Of a stretch of DNA of 64,000 bases, positions 1 to 13,130 are shown one piece after another. The notes under the pieces are model-generated. The model ran no database searches. It saw only the letters and a list, made by a program, of their open reading frames with translations, and was not told where the DNA came from. A program made the position numbers and the translations under genes. Each line of letters opens with the position of its first letter. Within the stretch, counting starts at the first letter, position 1. Source of the stretch: Octopus vulgaris (lineage: Eukaryota). Where the stretch lies: NCBI GenBank assembly GCA_951406725.2, contig OX597814.1, positions 171,678,001 to 171,742,000 on the forward strand, in the 5' to 3' direction.

Positions 1-142
1 AAAATAACCTAAAAATAGCTACAAAACCCCAAACCTCACAAGAACGAAAGGCTTTGAGAAACGAAAGGAGAGCGGCGTGGTAAAAGATAAATATATATAT
101 ATATATCCATACATATATGTGGGGAGTGGGAAGAGAAAGAAG

Positions 143-222
143 AAGCGAGAGAGAGGAAGTGAGCAAGCGAGAGAGAGGAAGTGAGCAAGCGAGAGAGAGG
201 AAGTGAGCAAGCGAGAGAGAGA
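143..222. repeat. 22-bp tandem repeat, ~3.5 copies
   Basis: Unit aagcgagagagaggaagtgagc repeated head to tail. Confidence 0.9.
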
Positions 223-225
223 AAG

Positions 226-258
<33 letters not shown>

Positions 259-561
259 GAATGGGAGAAATTACGAGACAAGGTGAAGGGCTGTGTGTTA
301 AAACTGCGGAAGGGGAGAGAGTAATAGGAGACGGTTGATTTGTGAGACACCATAATGGCCTTGACCAGATTAAAAGTGATTACTAACTGAAATGAAATCA
401 AGGGAAGATAATATAGACTTAAGAAAACCATATAACAAACAACAAACAAACAATCATATCACTCACTGCCTATTCTAAAATGTCACATCCCCTTTCTAAA
501 CAATGTCTTCTCGCTTATGTCAGATGAATGTTAATGAAACAGCCGAATAATTATATATATA

Positions 562-597
<36 letters not shown>

Positions 598-716
598 AAC
601 ATTTTTTCGCATGTGTGCGTATATAATATATATTTATATATATGTATATATATATATATTTATTCTCTTTACTATATATATATATATGTATATATGTATG
701 TATTTCTCTATATATA

Positions 717-755
<39 letters not shown>

Positions 756-1451
756 CTCATTTTGCTTTTCTTTGTGTATTCAACACCCCATCACCTCTGC
801 AGCTCTCTTATTCACTTTATCATCCATCAATACTATCTTCTCTTCTTCTTCCACACACCCAGTTTCACTCAAACACACAGATACACACATACACGCACAC
901 ACACACGCACACACACACCTCACAGACCCGTCCTCTCTGTCTCTCTCTTTCTCTCCTTCTCTCTTTCTCCGTCGTTCTCCATATGTCTCTCTCTGCCCAT
1001 ATCCTTCTGTCTCCCTACCTCGTAACTTACCAACCGGTGCTGCTCTTATCTGATAAACCAAGGGAGGAACTCCTCGTCCCATTTCACAATGTCATCCCAG
1101 GGTGACAAACTTTATGAATCTTAATCGCTTTTATTATTGATTTTAATAATCTCAGAACACCTCCTACATCACACCGCGCCACATCTCACAGTGCACCTCC
1201 GCCCCTCACGAGAATTCTCACCAACGGCTTTCTAAGCAAAACTAGCACCTAACGTACAATCTCATTTTCTGATACCACAGTTCTACCATCAATAACGACT
1301 ACATCCCCGCTGCCATCACCACCACCACCAGCACCATCAACAGCACCAACAGCAGCAGCAGCAGCAGCAGCGGCAGCAACAACAAAACGACAACAGTAAC
1401 AACAACACTACCACCACCACCAGGATGACGACGACGACCACCAACACCACC

Positions 1452-1687
1452 ACCTATTTCTTTACTACCCACAAGAGGCCAAACACAGAGGGAACAAATA
1501 AGGACAGACAAACGGAATAAATCGATTACATCGACCCCAGTGCGTAACTGGTACTTAATTTATCGACCCCGAAAGGATGAAAGGCAAAGTCGACCTCGGC
1601 GGAATTTGAACTCACAACGTAATGGCAGACGAAATACGGCTACGCATTTCGCCCGGCGTGCTAACGTTTCTGCCAGCTCGCCGCCTT
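1452..1687 (-). mobile_element. tRNA-derived SINE family A (MetaSINE-like central domain)
   Basis: Reverse strand reads aaggcggcgagctggcagaaacgttagc (A-box region), gagttcaaattcc (B box), then gcctttcatcctttcggggtcgataaattaagtaccag (Meta-like domain). Many further copies in the window. Confidence 0.85.
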
Positions 1688-1731
1688 AACACCACCAACA
1701 TCACCTTAACACCAACACCACCACCACCAAC

Positions 1732-1762
<31 letters not shown>

Positions 1763-2315
1763 CCACCACCACCACCACCAACACTACCTTCCCGCCTAAA
1801 CTACCACTTCTGCAACAACTGCCACCAAACTTAAAATCAACACCACCAGCACCAGCACTACCAGCACCAGCACCACCAGCACCAACAACAACAACAACAA
1901 CAACACAACCACACCACCACCACCAACGCCACAACGTCCACCACAAACACCCATTTTCTCGATTATCAGAAACATAAAAAAGAATGTTTATATTCGTATT
2001 ATGTGTATATATGTGTGTGGTGTACGTATGCGTGCGCGCGCGCACAGCAACTTTGACAGAGGCGTTAGCACCACGGACAAAATGTTTAGCTGCATTTGTT
2101 CCGATTCTTAACATTCAAAGCTCAAATTCCACCGAAGTCAATTTTTCCTTCCTTCATTTCGAGAATGATAAGAATAAAGGAGATGTACTCGCATAGCAAG
2201 TAATTTGATCTGAGATCGTGTGCTGAAACGAAAACAATTGCGGCGTGGAAGGTGTTTATAAGCCATTTAAGAAACACACAAAAGCCGTTCGATTCACTTC
2301 AACATTTAAGTTTAA

Positions 2316-2365
2316 TTTGTCAAAATATTTTCGTCGCTAAAATCCGCGACCTGTTCACTGACAAA
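2316..2365 (-). ncRNA. Minimal type-I hammerhead-like ribozyme, G3:C8 core variant
   Basis: Exact reverse complement of the motif at 2421-2470. Confidence 0.7.
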
Positions 2366-2420
2366 AATCCGTGCTGCATCACGGATGCAGCACGGATTTT
2401 GCAGAGATGCAGCACGGATT

Positions 2421-2470
2421 TTTGTCAGTGAACAGGTCGCGGATTTTAGCGACGAAAATATTTTGACAAA
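2421..2470 (+). ncRNA. Minimal type-I hammerhead-like ribozyme, G3:C8 core variant
   Basis: TTTGTCA [helix I] GTGAACA G GTCGC-ggatttta-GCGAC [helix II] GAAA ATAT T T TGACAAA [helix I']. Helix III is the palindrome AATATT. Confidence 0.7.
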
Positions 2471-2734
2471 TTAAAATTAAATGTTGAAGTGAATCGAACG
2501 GCTTTTGTGTGTTTCTTAAATGGCTTATAAACACCTTCCACGCTGCACTTGATAAGAATAAAGTTCTAGTCAAGTTATGGAGTCGATAAAATCAATTAAT
2601 CCCTGCTGAAATAAGAAGTATACTATGTACGTACTTGTGCGTATGTACTCATATCATACATGCTTATACACGGTTGAATAATAGCGACAAGTGCAGAATA
2701 TGTGTTGAGAGGGGTGAAACGGTATGGCACATTT

Positions 2735-2977
2735 AAGGCGGCGAGCTGGCAGAAACGTTAGCGTGCCGGGCGAAATGCTTAGCGGTATTTCGTCTGGCGC
2801 AACGTTGTGAGTTCAAATTCCGCTGAGGTCGACTTTGCCTTTCATCCTTTCGGGGTCGATAAATTAAGTACCAGTTACGCACTGGGGTCGATGTAATCGA
2901 CTTAATACCTATGTCTCTCCTTGTTTGTCCCCTCTATGTTTAGCCCCTTGTGGGTAATAAAGAAATAGAAATAGGTA
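2735..2977 (+). mobile_element. SINE family A, full-length
   Basis: aaggcggcgagctggcagaaacgttagc...gagttcaaattccgctgaggtcgactttgcctttcatcctttcggggtcgataaattaagtacc; matches 1452-1687. Confidence 0.88.
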
Positions 2978-2985
2978 TGGCACAT

Positions 2986-3240
2986 TACTCTTTTCATCAT
3001 TTACACGTTTCAGTCATTTGTGTGCGGCCATGCTGGAGCACCGCCTTTTAATCGAGCAAATCGACCCCCAGAACTTATTCTTTGTAAGCCTAGTACTTAT
3101 TCTATCGGTCTCTTTTGCCGAACCGCTAAGTTACGGGGGACGTAAACACACCAGCATCGGTTGTCAAGCGATGTTGGTGGTGGTGGTGGTGGTTGACAAA
3201 CATAGACACACAAACATATACACACACATACATATATACA
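2986..3240 (-). mobile_element. SINE family B, 3' half
   Basis: Matches the 3' half of full copies at 35601-36026 and 52366-52784 (tail ggcggtgctccagcatggccgca...tgactgaaac). Confidence 0.85.
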
Positions 3241-3244
3241 TAAT

Positions 3245-3375
3245 TTTTGGAACTGCAAGAATTCTTCGCAGTGTTCTTGAAGCATGACCAGTAAACAAGT
3301 GTCACGTTAGTCTGCTGGCTGTGGACAGCTAACACTTTCCATCATGCCCAGCAAAATAAGCTGTGAGTCTTCATA
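3245..3375 (+). mobile_element. 3' end of R4/Dong-type RLE non-LTR retrotransposon
   Basis: Encodes FGTARILRSVLEA*, the typical C-terminus of R4/Dong ORFs, then a short 3' UTR running into (AAT)n. Confidence 0.7.
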
Positions 3376-3406
3376 TAATAATAATGATATAATAATAATA
3401 ATAATG

Positions 3407-3467
<61 letters not shown>

Positions 3468-3519
3468 TAATAATAATAACAGCAATAATAGCAATAATAA
3501 TAACAACAACAACAACAAC

Positions 3520-3581
<62 letters not shown>

Positions 3582-3624
3582 CAACAACAACGACGACGAC
3601 GACGACGACGACGACAATGATGAT

Positions 3625-4182
3625 AAATGCCTTGATGCAGTAGCAGACAGTGACTCTCGTTGCTTCTGATCTTAAATGATTGGAAGTGTTATCACGTACA
3701 TAGTTTTGTCTTGGTATAAAAGATGGGATACAGCAAATATTCTGCTCAATACCACAGATTTGCTTGTCAGTTGTTTGACCTTAACCAGTTGAACATGTCC
3801 CTTAGTGGCTGACGATATGTGAATCTGTGATCAGGAGCAGAAGTAGTAGGGGAGCATCATAGCCATGTGTTGAGAAGGCTTCTTTGGGGTTTGAATAATT
3901 CACCTCTGGAAACATGGGTGTTTCGTTCAACATCCTTAAACAACCCTTATTCAGGGACCTTTTGAGCGGGATGGGTTACTCGACCAGAAGAAAATTGTAA
4001 CTGGGCCCCACCTGCAAGGTCATGTGCTGTTTATCTTGATATGAGATCACCATGTCGCGCGCATATGGTTGTGATGCATGTACCTGGTGTACCTTTATCA
4101 GACGGGTAGTCATGATGGGTATTCTGGGCTTCGCATATTTTACCCCAGTGTCACTTTGATGGCATGAACTGCTCTCTCACTC
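3625..4182 (+). mobile_element. ~550-bp non-coding element embedded in (AAT)n, copy 1 (diverged)
   Basis: Starts aaatgccttgatgcag and ends ctgctctctcactc(aat)n. Same boundaries as copies 2 and 3 but with substitutions and a small insertion. Confidence 0.75.
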
Positions 4183-4260
4183 AATAATAATAATAACAAT
4201 AATAATAATAATAGCAATAATAGCAATAATAACAATAATAACAACAATAATAATAATAGC

Positions 4261-4301
<41 letters not shown>

Positions 4302-4415
4302 TAATAATAATAATAATAATAACAATAATAATAATAATAGCAATAATAGCAATAATAACAATAATAACAACAATAATAATAATAGCAATAATAATAATAA
4401 TAAATAATAATAATA

Positions 4416-4469
<54 letters not shown>

Positions 4470-4530
4470 GTGATGGTGATGATGATGATGATGATGATGA
4501 TGATGGTGATGATGGTGGTGGTGGTGGTGG

Positions 4531-4597
<67 letters not shown>

Positions 4598-4601
<4 letters not shown>

Positions 4602-5142
4602 GCCCTGATGCAGTACCAGGCAGTGGCTCTCATGGCTTCTGATCTTAACTGATTGGAAGTGTTATCATGTACATTGTTTTGTCTTGGTATAAAAGATGGG
4701 CTACAGCAAATATTCTGCTCAATACCATAAGGTTTGCTTGTCAGTTGTTTGACCTTAACCAGTTGAGCATGTCCCTTAGTGGCTGACGATATGTGCATCT
4801 CTGATCACGAGCAGAAGTAGTGGGGGAGCATCATAGCCATGTGTTGAGAAGGGTTCTTTGGGGTTTGAATAATTCACCTCTGGAAACATGGGTGTATCGT
4901 TCAACATCCTTAAACAACCCTTATTCAGGGATGGGTTACTCGACCAGAAGAAAATTGTAACTGGGCCCCACCTGCATGGTCATGTGCTGTTTATCTTGAT
5001 ATGAGATCAGCATGTCGCGCGCATATGGTTGTGATGCATGTGCCTGGTGTGCCTTTATCAGACGGGTAGTCATGATGGGTATATTGGGCTTCGCATATTT
5101 TACCCCAGTGTCACTTTGATGGCATGCACTGCTCTCTCACTC
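4598..5142 (+). mobile_element. ~550-bp (AAT)n-embedded element, copy 2
   Basis: aaatgccctgatgcagtacc...gctctctcactc flanked on both sides by (AAT)n. Confidence 0.78.
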
Positions 5143-5191
<49 letters not shown>

Positions 5192-5670
5192 GTAATAAAG
5201 GGAAATCGATTAGCAATATCTTAGAGAAGTATTCCAATTACTAAATTAACATGCAATGGAGTCTCACTTATAAAATATGCTTATTGAGGAACGCTTGTAA
5301 TTACAAAATAAAATTTCGCTCCAGTTTACTCTTTTACTTGTTTCAGTCAATTGACTGCGGCCATGCTGGAGCACCGCCTTTAGTCGAGCAAATCGACCCC
5401 GGGACTTATTCTTTGTAAGCCCAGTACTTACTCTATCGGTCTCTTTTGGAAGTTGGCCGCTTATGTCATTCCCTTGATTTTCTTCTGCCGCTACCTTTTT
5501 TCTCCCTCTCTTTATGAATATGTGTGTTTTCTAAGTATGTACTTACACATATATATGTGTGTATTTATGTATATATATATATACATATATATACATAAAT
5601 ACACACATATACATACATGTATAAATGTGTGTGTAATATATGTATGTGTGTAAGTATGTTTGTATGTATG

Positions 5671-6422
<752 letters not shown>

Positions 6423-6901
6423 GTAATAAAGGGAAATCGATTAGCAATATCTTAGAGAAGTATTCCAATTACTAAATTAACATGCAATGGAGTCTCACTT
6501 ATAAAATATGCTTATTGAGGAACGCTTGTAATTACAAAATAAAATTTCGCTCCAGTTTACTCTTTTACTTGTTTCAGTCAATTGACTGCGGCCATGCTGG
6601 AGCACCGCCTTTAGTCGAGCAAATCGACCCCGGGACTTATTCTTTGTAAGCCCAGTACTTACTCTATCGGTCTCTTTTGGAAGTTGGCCGCTTATGTCAT
6701 TCCCTTGATTTTCTTCTGCCGCTACCTTTTTTCTCCCTCTCTTTATGAATATGTGTGTTTTCTAAGTATGTACTTACACATATATATGTGTGTATTTATG
6801 TATATATATATATACATATATATACATAAATACACACATATACATACATGTATAAATGTGTGTGTAATATATGTATGTGTGTAAGTATGTTTGTATGTAT
6901 G

Positions 6902-7032
<131 letters not shown>

Positions 7033-7396
7033 AATATTACCCATAATTATGACGAAAGTTCCAATATATTTGTGTGTAGTGTGTGTGTGTAGCCATATGT
7101 ATGTGTGCGTGTATGTGTTCCTGTGTGCATGCATGTATGTGTACATGTGTGTATTTTCCCCCATCTAGGTAACGTAAACTTATTAGATCTATGCTGTGGG
7201 TAGACAGAGGTTTGTGGAAGTGGTCTTTCTCTCCCTTTATCTGGCGTCTGTTCGTCTGAAGGCCCATCGTTCACTTAAATGAATATTGATTACACCCGAG
7301 GTTTTACGTCTACACACTGATTAGAAAGACTCCTTTCCGAGAGCAAGGAAAGAGAAGGATACATGAAACCGGGGAAAGAAAAAGAAATGGAATGAG

Positions 7397-7444
<48 letters not shown>

Positions 7445-7617
7445 TGAAGAGAGGCGGAGAGAGAAAGTTCGGGGCTGAGGAGATCGTACTTGAGAAAAGA
7501 CCTCCCAAGACAGAAGACTATGTTGACAGAACAGACGAAGTAGTTAAATTTTCTCCCCACCTTCTATCGCCATAGCACTTATATCACAGAGGTTATCAAC
7601 CATGTGAAAATTGCAAA

Positions 7618-7652
<35 letters not shown>

Positions 7653-7779
7653 CAGACATACACACACGCGGACATATATATACACGCACGAATATGTGTG
7701 GGTGTATATATATATATATATATAAAATATTTAATTGTATATATATATCAATCTTCCCGCTCACTCTATCCTGCTCTAT

Positions 7780-7812
<33 letters not shown>

Positions 7813-7813
7813 A

Positions 7814-7867
<54 letters not shown>

Positions 7868-7868
<1 letters not shown>

Positions 7869-8050
7869 GGAGTGCTGAAAAGTGCTGGCTTTTGCTAAAA
7901 GAAAATACAGGAGGATCAGTTAATTATGATTTTGTTGAACATATTCCCCTGTCAGATTCACACACTTACTGCTGCGGCCCTTCAGTTTTTGTAAGCCCTG
8001 TAAAAGGACACAGAAGGTTGAGCCTTCAGCTATACCTTTTGCTATACCTT
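7868..8050 (+). mobile_element. Degenerate mariner-like MITE fragment
   Basis: gtgctgaaaagt...cttcagttttt.taagccctg resembles the MITE at 34505-34677. Confidence 0.6.
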
Positions 8051-8051
8051 T

Positions 8052-8121
<70 letters not shown>

Positions 8122-8321
8122 GGAAGAGTTTAGGCCACTGGTGATCTAAATTAATAGATATTCAGTCTGAGTGCCCTACATGATAAGCTACTATGATCCA
8201 AGTTCACAACGGGGACTGGAGTTGTGGTAGCTACTGTCCAGTAAGGAGAGAACCGAGTGTCTGTAGCCTAACCCCCGATTCAGTTGGTATAATTCAAAAA
8301 AGAGGGAAACAAAATGAACCC

Positions 8322-8778
8322 AACAACAATGTCGAAAAGAAATGGGGCGAGTATGTCTCCCTGCAGTATTCCGGCTTTGATTGAGAAAGATGATGTTTCT
8401 CCGTCAGGGGTTAAGATGGTTGAAGAATTATCTGTGTAGAGGACCTTGATGGCAGAAATGATTTTGTCTGGTATCCCATAGAGCTTAAGGATTTCGAACA
8501 TCTTGTACCTATCTACAGAGTCGAACATTTTAGAAAAGTCTACAAATACCATTGCAAGATCGCGATTAAATGCTTTTGATTCTTCAATAAGTCCGCGTAG
8601 GCATAGTATCTGGCTCAGCATTGAGCGCCCATGTCTGAATCCATTTTGGTTCTTTCGGAGCAAAGGTTCAACAAAAAGGACAAGGCGATTTAGAATCAGT
8701 TTATTGTACAGTTTTGCAGCAATTAACATTAGAGATATACCCCTGTAGTTGATGACGAGGGATAAATCGCCTTTTTCC
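8322..8778 (-). pseudogene. RTE-clade LINE reverse transcriptase fragment
   Basis: KGDLS..NYRGISL..IAAKLYNK, QNGFRHGRS, FVDFSKMFDSV, GILQGDILAPFLF motifs. Truncated before YADD. Confidence 0.88.
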
Positions 8779-9017
8779 ATCCTGCTTGGCGGGGTATGGC
8801 GGTTTATGCACATTTCTTTACTTATATTCCTAGGTTTATCCATATTTCCTTACGTATATCCCTAGATAAGTACATATTTCAGAAAGGGAGTTGATTAATG
8901 CATCCATCTGAGAGAAAGGATCTCTCAGATCTAATTTAAATGAATTTAAATGAACTGATAAGCTTGGACTGCCTTGATTTTGTTTTCCTCTTCTTTAAAT
9001 TTTATGTATGTATATGC

Positions 9018-9097
<80 letters not shown>

Positions 9098-9132
9098 GAT
9101 GGTTTCTTTGATAAGCAGCGTCGACTTTTACA

Positions 9133-9464
9133 ATTCTGTAAATAATAATAATAGTATTTTATAAGCTTAAGCTTAATTTGTCATTGCACGGTGATTGCTT
9201 ATAAAGCAATCACCGTGCAATGACTAATGAATATAGTCTAATAATGGGGCTCGGCGGAAAAAAAAGTAGGCTTTTTTCCCATACGCATGGGACAGAAACC
9301 CATATCTCTTTGTTTTCCCGCAAGTGCGCTATCCATTTATACCTACTTTTTTCCTTCGGGAGCTTATATATCTCATTATTAAACTATTTTTTTTAGTCAT
9401 TGCACAGTGATCGCTTATAAGCTCTAAGCTTATAAAATACTAATATTATTTTTATTTACAGAAT
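9133..9464. mobile_element. MITE-like element with long imperfect TIRs
   Basis: attctgtaaataa...tattttataagctta at the left end and taagcttataaaata...ttatttacagaat at the right end. Inner arms gcaatcaccgtgcaatgactaa / ttagtcattgcacagtgatcgc. Confidence 0.7.
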
Positions 9465-9487
9465 ACATACATACATATATATGTATA

Positions 9488-9554
<67 letters not shown>

Positions 9555-9602
9555 GTATATATATATATTTATATATATATATGTGTGTGTGTGTGTATGT
9601 AG

Positions 9603-9690
<88 letters not shown>

Positions 9691-10041
9691 ATGTATGTAT
9701 AGCACGGTGGTGAGAGATAAACAGTATTATTGCGAACTATAATGTGTTCCTTTATATTCTGAAAGAGATTCTTTAGTCAAACTTTCTTGATATCCGTCTC
9801 CACAGCTTTACATACTACAGTGTTTACATAGGGAAAAAAAGTTAATTAATTAATTACTGAATTTAACATCATTAAGATTGATTTCAGAAATTCAACTCTG
9901 AAGACATGAAGATGTAATAATTACATCGAGCCGGGGTTACGTTTGTCGATCTTACAGTTTTCCTTAAGACACGTGTAGGGACGTTACTAGAGAAAATTTT
10001 GAAGCAAACCTTCTAGTCATGGTTATATATATATAAATTTT

Positions 10042-10280
10042 TTTGTTGTTGCTTGTTTCAGCTCAGAGCTGCGGTTATGCTGATGCACCGCCGTTTTGTG
10101 CTACACTGTTATTACGAAGAACCTCCTCTAATATGTGGCACTTGGTGAAGACTGGAGTTTGACATAGCTACTCTCATTTGCACCTCTTGCCGCGAGGTAG
10201 GTTCATCCGGGACTCTCGACAGGAAGATGTCCAGCTTTGATTTAAACATCTACTTTGTGCAACTTCCTCAGACTCTTTGG

Positions 10281-10286
<6 letters not shown>
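10042..10286 (-). mobile_element. 3' end of a CR1-group LINE (sister subfamily of 18417-20818)
   Basis: With a frameshift, encodes [49 protein letters not shown], which aligns to the C-terminus of the 765-aa ORF. Shares the 3' hairpin tail. Confidence 0.88.
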
Positions 10287-10329
<43 letters not shown>

Positions 10330-10336
10330 TATATAA

Positions 10337-10400
<64 letters not shown>

Positions 10401-10407
10401 GTATATA

Positions 10408-10455
<48 letters not shown>

Positions 10456-10689
10456 TATATGTTTATATATGAGTCAGTGTGTGTGTGTGTGTGCAGAATA
10501 CGTACATACAGATACACATATACATAGATATATACATATGCATACACACACATATATACATACATACATACACATGCATACATACATACATACATACACA
10601 CATACATACATACATACATACATACATACGTACATGCATGCATGCATAGGTACACACACACACACTGACCCACACACATGTGCACAAAC

Positions 10690-10914
10690 AAAAAGGAACG
10701 CAGTGTAAATAATGGACAGAGTCAAGACTATTGAAAAGGTTGCAAGACGCAACGAAAATTTTAGGAAAATAAAAATAAAGAATAAGTGGAAATTTTACCG
10801 GTGAGTGTGTTAAATTAGAAGGCACAAAAAGAAAATGACTCTCCCCAGACACAACAGAATATGCTTCAACACACGAACTCATATAAAGGATCTTGCAAAC
10901 CAAATCCCAAAACG

Positions 10915-10916
<2 letters not shown>
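10690..10916 (+). mobile_element. Putative PLE pLTR fragment between microsatellites
   Basis: Unique island between (CA)n and (TA)n containing a hammerhead-shaped motif followed by AATAAA. Confidence 0.5.
10728..10764 (+). ncRNA. Minimal hammerhead-like ribozyme, U3:A8 core variant
   Basis: CTA TTGAAAA G GTTGC-aagac-GCAAC GAAA AT T T TAG: 3-bp helix I, 5-bp helix II, palindromic helix III AATT. Confidence 0.6.
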
Positions 10917-10972
<56 letters not shown>

Positions 10973-10976
10973 GTCG

Positions 10977-11012
<36 letters not shown>

Positions 11013-11019
11013 TGTATGT

Positions 11020-11229
11020 ATCTATGTTTGTGCGTCTATGTTGGTTCCCCCACCATCTCTTGACAACCGATGTTGGTGTGTTTACGTTCCCGTAACTTAG
11101 CGGTTCGGTAAAAGAGCGGGACAGAATAAATACTAGGTTTAAAAAGAATAAGTCCGGGGGATTCGATTTGCTCGACTAACGGCAGTGCTCCAGCATGGCT
11201 GCAGTCAAATGACTGAAACAAGTAAAAGA

Positions 11230-11231
<2 letters not shown>
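11020..11231 (+). mobile_element. SINE family B, 3' half
   Basis: ttgacaaccgatgttggtgtgtttacgt...gtgctccagcatggctgcagtcaaatgactgaaacaagtaaaagag. Confidence 0.85.
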
Positions 11232-11311
<80 letters not shown>

Positions 11312-11505
11312 ATGTGTGTATAATTTAGAAACCGTATTGGTGGGTGATATAACACATATAAAGACGCATCATGCGTAGATTTTATTTCTTTATTGAAAAC
11401 CTGATTTTTTTCTTTATCAGTTGTAATTAATTATATTGAACAGTTAACATTGATATGAAATTTTAGAAAATAAAAATGTGAATTTAACTGCTGCTGCTGC
11501 TGCTG

Positions 11506-11565
<60 letters not shown>

Positions 11566-12644
11566 TATGTATCTTTTCTCACAGAGAGATTGCTATAAAG
11601 AAGCTCGAATATTTCTTGCAAACTTGTTTAGTTTAATGCGGTATGAAACTCTGCAGTTTTCATCATTCTTCTCATGGCTTACACATTGATATCATTCTAT
11701 GAAAGTATCCATTTTGCTTTGACAGCCGAATGAAAGACCTTTCCTTAACAGCCATTTTCCATCTAACTTTTATTTGAAACGTCCGAATTTATAACAATTC
11801 CGCCGTGGTGTCCATTACCGATTGCAACGTGGTACCAGATAATGGCTAAGAAACCTTGTACAACAGTGAATAACAACTGTCACATCGCATTACATGTATT
11901 AAACTCAAATCTTGAATTGTTCTCCCATTTAGTTACTTCGGTGACTTTTGATAATTTTTATTCAAATTGCATTCGTTTCACTAGAACTTAATTCCTGAAG
12001 TGGCAACGGATCGAGGAGCATATTTCTCGCAAAGAAACAGAAACAAGCGTACCCACCAAAACATTTCAAGTTTGCTTGTCAATAATTCACGGTGAAAATA
12101 TTCATACAAAATCTATTTCTTCAAGGTAGTTCATATATTGATTCATGACATGGTGACAAGGCCATAAGTTTGGGGGAAAAAAGAAGAATAGTCGATTGCA
12201 TCAGATCCCTAGAAAACGTGTCTACAACTTTATTTTATCGATAATATTAATGAAACATTAAGGAAAGAGAGTAAACTCTTCTAGAATTTGAACTCAGATT
12301 TCAAGAGTCTTTACTCGTCCGTTGCAAAGAATTTTCCTGTCCTTCTAACTTTTCTATCAACCGAATAATTAAATCAGTCTCCCTTATTTATCAAAACTCA
12401 GATAGATGAAAGTGAAATTCGATTTCGGTGGGATTCGAACTCGGGCTTGAAAATACTTAAGCAAATATTACTAGGCATTTTATTTGCAGTCCTAACGATT
12501 CTATCACCTCTACATTCTTTCTGACGAACTCCACATATTATGATGAAATTATACTTCAAATGTTGTATGTAGATGGAACTCTAGCTGCTTATATCCCGTT
12601 GCTTAATCAATGTTGTTATCGTGCAATGCCTGTGCAAGAAGATT

Positions 12645-13038
12645 TTTTTTAAGTGAGGAAAGGCTGTGCACTGAGTCAATCCCACTCACTAAGCAACAGC
12701 AGCCATAATGCGAAAAGAAGAACAAGTCAACATCATCGGTAACCACTGAGCCGCAGGTTTTATGTCGGAGTTATCCCAGTTACCTGAGTTACCTTCTCTT
12801 AGAAGGATACCCTAACAAAGGCTAGGAGTCCTTCACTCCCGATGGTTTAACCGCGCGATCGCGTATTCAGTCCGATTATTTCTATGTTCCTGCGCATGAT
12901 ACAGCCTTAAGCCATTTATTGGATGGCCGTTGACTCTCAAGAGTTCCTCCGCCCTTTGACGGGTTTTGTTTTTCATAAACACCCTCCTCACCAAGCAAGC
13001 TTAGTGGGGTTGCCGGTTTAGCAGCCGACGACCCGACC
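12645..13038 (-). mobile_element. Non-autonomous element resembling RTE 5'-UTR / Ceph-domain sequence
   Basis: Minus strand has tcctagcctttgttagggtatccttctaagagaaggtaactc...taaaacc, similar to the conserved RTE 5'-UTR motif. Abuts (CATA)n. Confidence 0.45.
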
Positions 13039-13130
13039 ATGCATACATACATACATACATACATACATACATACATACATACATACATACATACATACAT
13101 ACATACATACATACATACATACATACATGC

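Larger units (their letters stand above)
2178..2547. mobile_element. Penelope-like (PLE) pLTR fragment pair in inverted orientation
   Basis: Arms ~2240-2380 and ~2406-2547 are near-perfect reverse complements. Each arm has a hammerhead-shaped motif. Same family at 25206-25503. PLE assignment is inferred from the motif and architecture. Confidence 0.7.

Noticed and set aside
4598-4700. HDV-like ribozyme at the 5' end of the AAT-embedded element (also sought at 12950-13038)
   Set aside because: Could not build the nested double pseudoknot by eye; needs a descriptor search.
8118-8320. Possible inverted RTE 5' UTR next to the RT fragment (twin priming)
   Set aside because: No second copy or TSD in the window to support it.
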